Origin: an uncultured bacterium
Lineage (GTDB): Bacteria; JAJVIF01; JAPKYR01
Assembly: GCA_965369865.1 (NCBI GenBank)
Contig: CBDURU010000101.1
Coordinates: 1-12,816 of the forward strand
Length of the DNA: 12,816 nt
Direction: 5' to 3'
Shown here: piece by piece, positions 1-7,644 of the stretch
How the letters are laid out: every line of letters starts with the position of its first letter
How positions within the stretch are numbered: the stretch's first letter is position 1
Made by a program: the position numbers and the translations under genes
The notes under the pieces: model-generated
Seen by the model: only the letters and a program-made list of their open reading frames with translations
Told to the model about the DNA's origin: nothing
Databases searched by the model: none

Positions 1-39
1 CGTACACTTTCACGGACCTGTTTTCAAATATCGACTACC
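1..39 (+). repeat. Terminal direct repeat, left copy (39 bp)
   Basis: CGTACACTTTCACGGACCTGTTTTCAAATATCGACTACC is identical to 12777-12815. The next base differs (G at 40, A at 12816). Confidence 0.97.
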
Positions 40-1445
40 GGTTCGGCGTGCGATGCCGTGACAGTGCTGATATACCGAATTCTGACAGCAATGAAAATTT
101 CCTTGTTTCAGAGACGATACCCAGGGGCTGGACGTTGGATTGGGGTTATGGGAATTATGATCATAATTCGCGAACAAAAGTCCAGATCGACAGCATGGGG
201 AATATTTATATAATGGGATACAAACAAGGTCCTGCCGATTATGATCCTGGAGAGAGTTATAACGGGGATAGTGGAACAGTTTATGAAGATGGGTACTTCC
301 TTAAACTTAACTCGGAAGGTGAATTTCAGTGGTCAATCGCCTGGGCGGGGACTCCATCGTCCGGGGTAAGTATCGGTGGTTTTTGTATTGATTCTCAGGA
401 TTACATTTACCGGGGAATTCGTTATTTTAACAAAAACCATTTTCAGAAAGTCGATGGTGAAGGCAATATTATATGGGATATATTACTGGTTACCAGTCCT
501 TTCGATATTATCATTGATGAAAATGACGATTTATACATCGCTGGTAATTTCGGTGGAAGCCCTGATTTCGACCCCGGAGATGGGATTGATATCCGCACAA
601 CGAATGGTGGAAATGACATTTATTTAAGTAAGTTTGATTCCTCCGGGTCGTTCCAGTGGGTAAGGACATGGGGTGGAATAAGTCATGAATGGCTTGGAGA
701 AATCGCGTGTGATTTTAATGGAGATATTTATATATTTGGCGAATTCTATGAGTCTGTAGACTTCGATCCCGGGCCAGGGACAGATTATCATACTTCCAAT
801 GGATCGGAGGACGCCTTCCTTAGTTGTTTTGATATGGATGGAGCATTCCGCTGGGCACGCACCTGGGGAGGTTCTGAGTCAGATGGTGCACATCGTGTCA
901 CAGCCAATAGTTCAGGTATGGTTTACGCAGCTGGCTCATTTCAAGGCATCGTCGATTTCGATCCCGGCATCGGTGAAGATATACACACAGCGATTGCGGG
1001 TTATGACTCTAATTTAAGCCGTTTTGATTCAAGCGGGTCGTATTATTATGTGTACACATGGGATAGATTAGGAGTAAGACCTGGTTTTGATGAAATGAAT
1101 AATTTAATTTTTGCTGGTACTTTTATTGGTGATGTTGATCTTGACCCTACTGAAGGTGAGAATATTTTCCTCAATGATGATAGTCATGACAGTTATTTAA
1201 GCAAGTATGACCCGACAGGCAATTATTTATGGTCAATCGTCTGGGGAGGTATTGATGGTGGTATAACAGGTGATGATTTAGCATTTGATAACCAGGGCAA
1301 TGTGTATGTTGTTGGAGCATTCTGGGGAGAAGATTGTGACTTCGATCCTGGACCTGGAGTAGAGGTCCATGCTCCTATCGACTATCATGATACGTATGGA
1401 CCAGTACTGTACCTAAGCAAATTCCCCCCTGATGGGTATTGGTGA
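3..1445 (+). CDS. 5'-truncated surface protein: end of an FN3-like repeat followed by an SBBP-type beta-propeller repeat region
   Basis: The frame is open from base 3 (YTFTDLFSNIDYRFGVRCRDSAD...), so GTG at 48 is internal. There are six D[FYL]DP[GT] motifs and recurring 'D.YLSKFD..G.F.W.RTWGG' and 'D..GNIYI.G.F' blade motifs. It ends YLSKFPPDGYW*. Confidence 0.85.
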   Translation, partial: YTFTDLFSNIDYRFGVRCRDSADIPNSDSNENFLVSETIPRGWTLDWGYGNYDHNSRTKVQIDSMGNIYIMGYKQGPADYDPGESYNGDSGTVYEDGYFLKLNSEGEFQWSIAWAGTPSSGVSIGGFCIDSQDYIYRGIRYFNKNHFQKVDGEGNIIWDILLVTSPFDIIIDENDDLYIAGNFGGSPDFDPGDGIDIRTTNGGNDIYLSKFDSSGSFQWVRTWGGISHEWLGEIACDFNGDIYIFGEFYESVDFDPGPGTDYHTSNGSEDAFLSCFDMDGAFRWARTWGGSESDGAHRVTANSSGMVYAAGSFQGIVDFDPGIGEDIHTAIAGYDSNLSRFDSSGSYYYVYTWDRLGVRPGFDEMNNLIFAGTFIGDVDLDPTEGENIFLNDDSHDSYLSKYDPTGNYLWSIVWGGIDGGITGDDLAFDNQGNVYVVGAFWGEDCDFDPGPGVEVHAPIDYHDTYGPVLYLSKFPPDGYW

Positions 1446-1532
1446 AGCGATTTGCGAGACTTACCCGTCCCTGCTGATCGATTTAGACCAATTTCGTTAA
1501 ACAAAATCTGATTGGATATATTTAGAATTGAT

Positions 1533-1810
1533 ATACGTCGACACGTATGCTTGTTGACGCCACCCGGGATTTATTCGACAGTGTAAGTGGATTGAACTCT
1601 AAAGCCCCCCCCTGTAATCCCCCCTTCGGGGGGATGGTGTTATCGACATCCCGTTTGTAGACGGGGATGTTGGAAATATTTGGCATTAAGTACGTAGATG
1701 GGGATTGTGTTATTTCGTCGACAAGCACCCTTCGGCAGGCTCAGGGCAGGCCAGTTCGACCCGAAGATTCATTATGCTTGCTTGTTTCACTCAGCGTGTC
1801 GACGCCACGC
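1533..1810. repeat. Cluster of REP-like palindromes between convergent genes
   Basis: CGTCGACACGTATGCTTGTTGACGCCAC (1536-1563) has related arms at 1716-1727 and 1795-1808. Hairpins ATCCCCCC-TTC-GGGGGGAT (1617-1635) and about 1643-1673. CCCTTCGGCAGGCTCAGGGCAGGC at 1728-1751. Confidence 0.7.
1617..1673. terminator. Two GC-rich hairpins, possibly terminating or stabilising the convergent transcripts
   Basis: An 8-bp stem (alternative cUUCGg loop) and a second stem lie between convergent stops at 1445 (+) and 1916 (-). There is no clear poly-U tract. Confidence 0.3.
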
Positions 1811-1915
1811 GTTTAAGACGCAAGGGTGTAACTGTCTCACTTTGCTAGTCAACACTACCCGTCATGCCGGTCGGTATTTTTATTTGCGATATTCCAGATC
1901 GTTTCTTTCCGGTAT

Positions 1916-2692
1916 TTAAATATCAAACTCCGCTACAACAAACGTATGATCGGATGGCTTTTCCCAGCCTCTTGGGTCGCGGTCTATCCAGCATCCAATG
2001 GCTTTTCTGGCGATCGACCCGGTGCCGTAGATATGGTCGACACGCCAGCCGACATTTCGCTCGAACGATCCCCTCGCACGATAATCCCACCATGAATAGT
2101 GCCCACCCTCGCCCTCATGGAATTTCCGGAAGATATCGACAAATCCCCATTGCCGTACATTACCCAACGCTTCGAAAACCTCTTCCCGATGACACACATG
2201 GCCGAGGCTGGCCTTGTGGTTATGAACATCGATCGGTTCCGGCGCGACATTAAAATCCCCCATCCAGAGAACCAGTCGACGGGTCGTATAATATTCGTCC
2301 ATGAGTTTCCTGAATTTTTTAAACCATTCCAGTTTGTACCCGAACTGTTCGTGCTCCGGGTCCCGTCCCTGCGGGCAATACGTGTTGATGACATGCAGGC
2401 GTCCGAACCTGCACGCCAGGATTCTCGCGTATTCAAGTTCATCGCCGTCACGAAATCCCTTAAAGCATTCATCAGGGGGAATTTTACTGAGGACCGCGAC
2501 TCCCGCATGGGCCTTTTTCCCCTGGACAGTCGCGTGATAGCCGAGTTCGGTGAACGGTTCGTACGGGAACAGCTCATTTACGACCTTGATTTCCTGGAGG
2601 CAGAGAATGTCGGGATCTTCTTTCGAGAGCCATTCGGTGACGGTATCGATCCGCGCGCGTATTCCGTTGCAGTTGTAAGTCGCGATTTTCAT
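1916..2692 (-). CDS. xth: Exodeoxyribonuclease III / AP endonuclease
   Basis: Motifs MKIATYNCNGIRAR, LCLQEIK, GVAVLS, YCPQG, GDFNVA, YSWWDYR, GWRVDHI and PSDH. Start moved to ATG 2692 because the longer track start overlaps the upstream gene. Confidence 0.95.
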   Translation of the reverse strand: MKIATYNCNGIRARIDTVTEWLSKEDPDILCLQEIKVVNELFPYEPFTELGYHATVQGKKAHAGVAVLSKIPPDECFKGFRDGDELEYARILACRFGRLHVINTYCPQGRDPEHEQFGYKLEWFKKFRKLMDEYYTTRRLVLWMGDFNVAPEPIDVHNHKASLGHVCHREEVFEALGNVRQWGFVDIFRKFHEGEGGHYSWWDYRARGSFERNVGWRVDHIYGTGSIARKAIGCWIDRDPRGWEKPSDHTFVVAEFDI

Positions 2693-2699
2693 TCGAGCG

Positions 2700-3719
2700 T
2701 TACATTGCCGGGGGAGGCATGTCGGTTTCAGGTTCATCCTCTTCCAGAGGCGGCATCACTTCGTCCGTATTATCTTCATCCCCGGGTGGCATTTCGATAT
2801 CAGAAATTTCCTCTTCCTCCGGCGCCTGGACCAGGATCCAGTAATCCGCGGCTTCAAGATCCTCGGGAATTTCAAGAATATTATCCACCGGGTATGTCAT
2901 GATCGAAACAGCGTCGACACCTGGAAGGTTCCTTTTGATACGCGGGAACGTGCCGAGGTAATCCCCGAGATGGAATCCACCGGAGATGTGATAGACAATA
3001 GCATCCGGATTTTCGTTCGCTGCGTTTGTTACCGACGCCGCCATGACCTCGTCCTTGAAAACCTGCGCGTAATAGAAACTCCTGATCATTTCTTCATCCA
3101 TTTCCATGCCTTCCATGCCGTGGCTGTCGGATATCATTGACATTGTTTCAAAAAACTTATCCCAGTAATCATCATCCGGGGCCTCGAAAACCACACCCGG
3201 GGGCGGAAGTTCATCCTCCTCAAAAATGTCCGGACTCAGCCCTTCCTGTGATACTCTCGAAGCAAGGGGTCTGGGAATGTTCGCGGCAACAACGGGTAAG
3301 CCATTTTCAAAAGCGAAAATAATCATCGGACGGTAGTCGGTTTCATAATTTCCCCATGGACGGCTGTTTTTGAGAAATTCCTCTTCGGAAATATCACCCG
3401 CGAGATAGTCGTTGAGGATATCCTGGACGTCCACCTCGAACATTTCCATAGATAGGACGATATCGGGATGATGGCGGTACAGCCCTTCGAGAATGGCGAG
3501 TTCCATCATGTGCGTCGCGGGATCGTCATGATGTTCCCCGAAAGTCACGACCCGCGCGTCGGAACAACGCGCGAGCAGGCCCTCGAAATCGATGACTGTA
3601 AGCGTACGGGCGTCGATCACCCTGTGAGGAAGAATAACAGTGTCCGCGAGAGCGATTTGAGAGAGGGCTATGAAAAAAATCGGGACTAATATTGGCAGGA
3701 GGATCGTCTTTGCTTTCAT
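2700..3719 (-). CDS. ChaN/PhuW-like (DUF399, putative haem/iron-related) exported protein with an acidic Pro-rich tail
   Basis: Signal peptide (MKAKTILLPILVPIFFIALSQIALA). Motifs FGEHHDDP, LSMEMF, DYRP, VVAANIPR, AQVFKDEVMA and GGFH. Confidence 0.85.
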   Translation of the reverse strand: MKAKTILLPILVPIFFIALSQIALADTVILPHRVIDARTLTVIDFEGLLARCSDARVVTFGEHHDDPATHMMELAILEGLYRHHPDIVLSMEMFEVDVQDILNDYLAGDISEEEFLKNSRPWGNYETDYRPMIIFAFENGLPVVAANIPRPLASRVSQEGLSPDIFEEDELPPPGVVFEAPDDDYWDKFFETMSMISDSHGMEGMEMDEEMIRSFYYAQVFKDEVMAASVTNAANENPDAIVYHISGGFHLGDYLGTFPRIKRNLPGVDAVSIMTYPVDNILEIPEDLEAADYWILVQAPEEEEISDIEMPPGDEDNTDEVMPPLEEDEPETDMPPPAM

Positions 3720-3726
3720 GACGGGG

Positions 3727-3735
3727 ATTATAGCA
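3727..3735 (-). promoter_or_regulatory. Extended -10 promoter, probable leaderless mRNA for the ChaN-like gene
   Basis: The minus strand reads TGCTATAAT-CCCCGTC-ATG, a perfect TGnTATAAT 7 nt before the start codon, with no Shine-Dalgarno sequence. Confidence 0.75.
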
Positions 3736-3786
3736 TTGATTACGGACGCAGATGAAAATAAATAATCTGGAAGTCAGGTGGTTTAT

Positions 3787-5271
3787 TTACCCGTATGGCC
3801 TGATCACGGGGAGGATTCCGCGATCGTCGGTGGGATACAGCTCGATCTCAAAAAGCCTGTTCCATGGAAGCTCCACGATGAAGCCGGTTGAATCGTCCGG
3901 TTGAATGAATCTAAGCGGGATTGAAAGCGGTTCGTTGTAATCCGACCACAGGTTTGAAATTTCGGTCGTTATTATTTCGATCAATTGGTGCGACTGTTCA
4001 TCGGTCAGGTTATATGGATCGCCGCCCATCTCACGTGCCGCGTTGTAAAGCCCGGTCCTTACCAATCGCTGGTAGAAGAAATCATCGAGCAACCTTGCCC
4101 AGAGGAAAGTTTCTATCGCGGTTGATACCCCTTCCGGATCGGACGAATGTTCGTATGCGAAATCGACAACTGCCCATAGTGCTATTGCCGAACCGAGCGA
4201 ATTCGATGACGTGTTCCATGCAAGATATCCAATCAAGCCGGGAGGGGTTGAGCCGTTTTTCCATTCATCAATTAAAGCTGGATCGCCGCCGTTCGTACGG
4301 ATATCGGCGACAATTACATCCCTGTCGCCTATTACGGATGATGCTTCGCGAATCATTGGGCCGATATCGGTTTGATCTTTTCCCGGGCCGTGTATCCAGA
4401 GCACCGGGCGCCAGCGTTCATACAAATCAACCGATGGCGAAATCCTTAACTGCAGCCAGTCAGCCATCGTAAGGATATTCTCGATCGCGATCCCGCTTTC
4501 AAACGGCTGGACAGCGACAAGATCGGCGGGATTTGTGAATACGATTGGCAAAGTCGTCGCCCTCGATTCCTGCATATCCCTGAGTGAACGGGCCAGCAGC
4601 AGCATCATTCCCTCGTCGGTGCCGTCATAGACATAATCTGAAAATTCACCGAGAAGCAGCTTGATCCCATCCGACAACGGTCCGGGACGATTATCATCGA
4701 GTGTGATGAGCAGTTTGTCAGGATCGTAATTTCCGCGTCGAAGAAAATCGATCCAACCCGTCAACCATGTTGCGTATTCGCCAACATAGGGATTATCAAA
4801 TTCGACCCGATTACCCTGGATCGCCATGAGGATTTCTCTCTGGTGGTCAGGGTTCTGGAGCAATTCCAGGACAATATTGTATTCGACTTTCAATTCTTCA
4901 TCGGTAACGGTCGGCTGGACTCGCGGAACGGCAAAATGGATGTAAGCATCGGGCCTGATTACCGGGGGATCAAGAAGCCACGGGTCGGATGTCCGCGACC
5001 CGACAAGTGAGCCGCATGCTGCCGCGTTCAGGGAAACGAGGTCCGCGTCCGGTGAACTGTCCGGTCCGAACTCGACAATTAAATTAATCCCAGCGATCGC
5101 TGCCAGCTCTTTGACAAGGAGGTTATTCGGCGGACGGTCATCGAGTGTAAGAATTGTGAGCGTGATCGGTTCTGACGCTTTGGATAGATCAGAAATTCCG
5201 GTTAATAAAAAAATCACCAGAAATGCGGTCATGTAAAAGAAAATTGTTAAATTTTTATTCCTGGTATTCAT
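3787..5271 (-). CDS. DUF4127-family protein with an N-terminal signal or membrane anchor
   Basis: Motifs LDDRPPN, TLDDN, GTDEG, YLAWNTSSNSLGSAIA, RLLDDFFYQ and LPWNRLFEI. Start moved to ATG 5271, 1 nt after the mnmE TGA, and it is followed by a hydrophobic stretch. Confidence 0.8.
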   Translation of the reverse strand: MNTRNKNLTIFFYMTAFLVIFLLTGISDLSKASEPITLTILTLDDRPPNNLLVKELAAIAGINLIVEFGPDSSPDADLVSLNAAACGSLVGSRTSDPWLLDPPVIRPDAYIHFAVPRVQPTVTDEELKVEYNIVLELLQNPDHQREILMAIQGNRVEFDNPYVGEYATWLTGWIDFLRRGNYDPDKLLITLDDNRPGPLSDGIKLLLGEFSDYVYDGTDEGMMLLLARSLRDMQESRATTLPIVFTNPADLVAVQPFESGIAIENILTMADWLQLRISPSVDLYERWRPVLWIHGPGKDQTDIGPMIREASSVIGDRDVIVADIRTNGGDPALIDEWKNGSTPPGLIGYLAWNTSSNSLGSAIALWAVVDFAYEHSSDPEGVSTAIETFLWARLLDDFFYQRLVRTGLYNAAREMGGDPYNLTDEQSHQLIEIITTEISNLWSDYNEPLSIPLRFIQPDDSTGFIVELPWNRLFEIELYPTDDRGILPVIRPYG

Positions 5272-5272
5272 T

Positions 5273-6688
5273 TCATTTACCGATACAGAAACGTGAAAAG
5301 ATCTCATCGAGGTCGGCGACTCCCAAACCCTCACCGAGCAGGCGCCCCAAAGCACGATCGGCTCCCCATAATTCGGTCGCTGCGATATCCTGGGGCGTGC
5401 CGGTTTTCAAATCGTCACTGACTCGTTCCAGAATCTCGACAGCTTCCCCGATCAATCTGTGGTGACGGTTTTCAGTGATCAATATATCCCCTGGATCACC
5501 ATCCAGTTCGAGAAGTTTACGGACTTCCGCGCGAAGGTTATCGATTCCAATGTTTTCTTTAGCGGATACAATAACATACGGGATATCCGGGACGTTCAGA
5601 ATATCCCTTGCTTTTAGAGGTTCCCATGCGGATTCGAGATCGCTTTTATTACATACGAGCAGCACTTTCGAGCCGATTTCCCCGCATGTTTCAAGCGTAC
5701 GATTTACGAGTTCGATTTTTTCATTCCCGATCGGTTCGCTTGTATCAAGGACGATCAACACCAGGTGCGCACGCTCAACTTCACGCCAGGACCTGCGAAT
5801 CCCCTCCGCTTCGGCGGTATCGAAATTGTCCTCGATTACACGAATTCCAGCCGTGTCGAGAAGTTCCGCGGGTACTCCTCCAAATGAGAGGTTCGCCGAA
5901 ACAACATCACGGGTTGTGCCCGGTGTGGATGTAACTATCGCGCGGTCTTCCATCAGGAGAGCATTCAGAAGGGATGATTTCCCTACGTTGGGCAGCCCGA
6001 TAATCGCGAGCCTGAACCCGCTCAGGATACTTCCCCTTGAATAACTATCCAGGAGAGGTTTAAGGTCGTCAAGGATCGTATCGATCGCTTTTACAGCATC
6101 CGATGATTCAATTCCATCAACACGTTCTTCCGGATAATCGAAATCAACTTCGAGACGCGCGAGGATGTCATGCAGGTTTCCTCGTGCCGCGCCAATTTTT
6201 TCACTCAGTGTCCCGGTTCGCTGTCGCAACGCTTCACGTTGTGCCGCGATTCCCCTCGCCCCGATAAGCGACGCGATTGACTCAGCCTGGATAAGGTCCA
6301 TCCGTCCATTCAGAAACGCGCGCCTTGTAAATTCTCCCGGTTCCGCAGGACGGATATTTTTTAATTCGAGCAATGCATTTTCCAAGGATTTAATTGTCGC
6401 TAATCCGCCATGCAGATGAAATTCGACTACATCTTCCCCCGTGTATGATTTCGGTTTTTTAAAAGCCAGCATCCCGGCATGATCGATACGGATTCCACTG
6501 TGGATGATGTCAACCAGAATGAAATTCCGGTCGGGGATATCGGCGGGATCGATTTCCGGTTCGGTCACAAGTGAAGCCGCGATTCCGAACGAGTCCGGAC
6601 CGCTCAGGCGCACAATCGCGATTCCGCTTCCAGTGGGTGGCGGTAGCGGGGTCGCGAGCGCGAAAATAGTGTCTTCTGTGGAATCCAT
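5273..6688 (-). CDS. mnmE: tRNA uridine-34 modification GTPase MnmE (TrmE)
   Basis: DTIFALATP, SYTGEDVVEFHLHGG, AEPGEFTRRAFLNGRMDL, G1 GLPNVGKS, G2 GTTRD, G3 DTAG, G4 NKSD and C-terminal FCIGK. Confidence 0.98.
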   Translation of the reverse strand: MDSTEDTIFALATPLPPPTGSGIAIVRLSGPDSFGIAASLVTEPEIDPADIPDRNFILVDIIHSGIRIDHAGMLAFKKPKSYTGEDVVEFHLHGGLATIKSLENALLELKNIRPAEPGEFTRRAFLNGRMDLIQAESIASLIGARGIAAQREALRQRTGTLSEKIGAARGNLHDILARLEVDFDYPEERVDGIESSDAVKAIDTILDDLKPLLDSYSRGSILSGFRLAIIGLPNVGKSSLLNALLMEDRAIVTSTPGTTRDVVSANLSFGGVPAELLDTAGIRVIEDNFDTAEAEGIRRSWREVERAHLVLIVLDTSEPIGNEKIELVNRTLETCGEIGSKVLLVCNKSDLESAWEPLKARDILNVPDIPYVIVSAKENIGIDNLRAEVRKLLELDGDPGDILITENRHHRLIGEAVEILERVSDDLKTGTPQDIAATELWGADRALGRLLGEGLGVADLDEIFSRFCIGK

Positions 6689-6919
6689 ACCAGGATGGTT
6701 ATTTTACCTGATTTCAATGGTGAACCAAAAGGATTCAGGATTTCGGAGCAGGAAAGGATACCAATTTAAATTCATGACAATTTTTAAAAGCCGGCATAAA
6801 TTGGATGAAGACTGAACCTGATGGCAACCGCCTGAATCTTTAATGGTAAGCAGAACCTTCTATCTATACGACTTAACTGCACAAGTCCGTCAGACCTCCT
6901 AAACTTGCCAGATTGGGAA

Positions 6920-6970
6920 GCGGGTCGGAAGAACCCGCCGCCCCCGACCGGAAAGGTCGGGGGTGTTTAT
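6920..6970 (+). terminator. Tandem GC-rich hairpins (terminator-like or REP/IS-end-like)
   Basis: GCGGGT-N7-ACCCGC (6920-6938), then CCCCCGACC-GGAAA-GGTCGGGGG (6941-6963), followed by TGTTTAT. Confidence 0.45.
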
Positions 6971-7152
6971 CGTCGAAGATTCCTCTTATACAAAGGAATA
7001 TACGGAGGAATTTCTGTTTTCCGAATGACGGATGCATGGCAGGATGCGTCGGAATATTGATGGACGGAATAAAGCATTAGTAAGAATGAAATATGCGGAT
7101 TTTAATCTCGCTTGGAAACGGTCGTTTTATTACTGGTTTTTTAATGCAAGCC

Positions 7153-7182
7153 TTGACAATCCTAATTGAAAATGCTAAACAT
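7153..7182 (+). promoter_or_regulatory. Candidate sigma70-type promoter for the GIY-YIG gene
   Basis: Perfect TTGACA at 7153-7158, then 17 nt to a weak TG-C-TAAACAT -10 element. Confidence 0.4.
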
Positions 7183-7225
7183 CTGTATAGATATTAGAGA
7201 AAATAAGTAATAGAAAGAGTTAGCA

Positions 7226-7534
7226 ATGTCATTTGATCGACATGGATATAATTTCGATGGAACTTATAAAACGCCTGAAGAGCTACAATCTCACGCGGGA
7301 GTCTACGTTGTGTGGTGCCAAGTGGGTGAAAGTTGGACCTGCTTAGATGTTGGAGAGTCACATGATGTTTGTCAAAGGCTGAAGAACCACGAGCGTTCAG
7401 AATGCTGGGAGAGGAATTGCCAAGGAATTATCAAGTACGCAGCTTATTACACTCCGAATCTCCAACAGAGCGAAAGACTCAGGATTGAGCAATACCTAAG
7501 AGAAAAAGAAAATCCTATTTGTGGAGAGCAATAA
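7226..7534 (+). CDS. Small standalone GIY-YIG-like nuclease-fold protein
   Basis: GVYVVW...LDVGES (GIY/YIG equivalent), conserved Arg/His in QRLKNH, Glu in RIEQ and C-terminal NP. 102 aa. Confidence 0.75.
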   Translation: MSFDRHGYNFDGTYKTPEELQSHAGVYVVWCQVGESWTCLDVGESHDVCQRLKNHERSECWERNCQGIIKYAAYYTPNLQQSERLRIEQYLREKENPICGEQ

Positions 7535-7582
7535 ATAGCCAAATCCATCAGAACAATCCTGCAACAATAGTTTCGTGATTTT

Positions 7583-7591
7583 TGATATAAT
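7583..7591 (+). promoter_or_regulatory. Extended -10 promoter upstream of the R-M operon
   Basis: Perfect TGATATAAT about 54 nt upstream of the methyltransferase ATG. AGGA Shine-Dalgarno at 7632-7635. Confidence 0.7.
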
Positions 7592-7644
7592 CTCCCAGTG
7601 TACGCCTTAGCTAACGAGTAGTAGAAGCTTCAGGATATGAGAAC

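Noticed and set aside
48..50. GTG start of the 465-aa ORF
   Set aside because: The frame is open from base 3 and continues an FN3 repeat, so the gene is 5'-truncated.
1300..1445. Diversity-generating retroelement target region
   Set aside because: No reverse transcriptase or template repeat is present in the window, and a single A/G difference at the repeat edge is insufficient.
1446..1915. CRISPR array or integron attC sites in the intergenic regions
   Set aside because: There are no regularly spaced identical repeats, no cas or intI gene, and no RYYYAAC...GTTRRRY-bounded hairpin after the stop codons.
1522..1919. Small ORFs 1522-1728 (-) and 1698-1919 (+)
   Set aside because: They are translations of the palindromic repeat cluster (PPKGG, PFGRLRAG) with no gene-like features.
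5273..5300. Classical trmE 3'-end integrated genomic island
   Set aside because: The AT-rich islet is on the 5' side of mnmE. There is no integrase and no duplicated mnmE 3' end.
1864..6815. Antisense and alternative-frame ORFs (e.g. 2099-2902, 1984-2577, 3921-4472, 5475-6044, 6504-6815)
   Set aside because: They shadow well-supported genes and show no recognisable motifs.
7181..7199. LexA-box-like CTGTATAGATATTAGA
   Set aside because: The right half does not match CTGT-N8-ACAG, and the host LexA motif is unknown.
7156..7560. 8-bp direct repeat ACAATCCT flanking the GIY-YIG gene as a target-site duplication
   Set aside because: It is short enough to arise by chance in AT-rich DNA, and there are no terminal inverted repeats or transposase.
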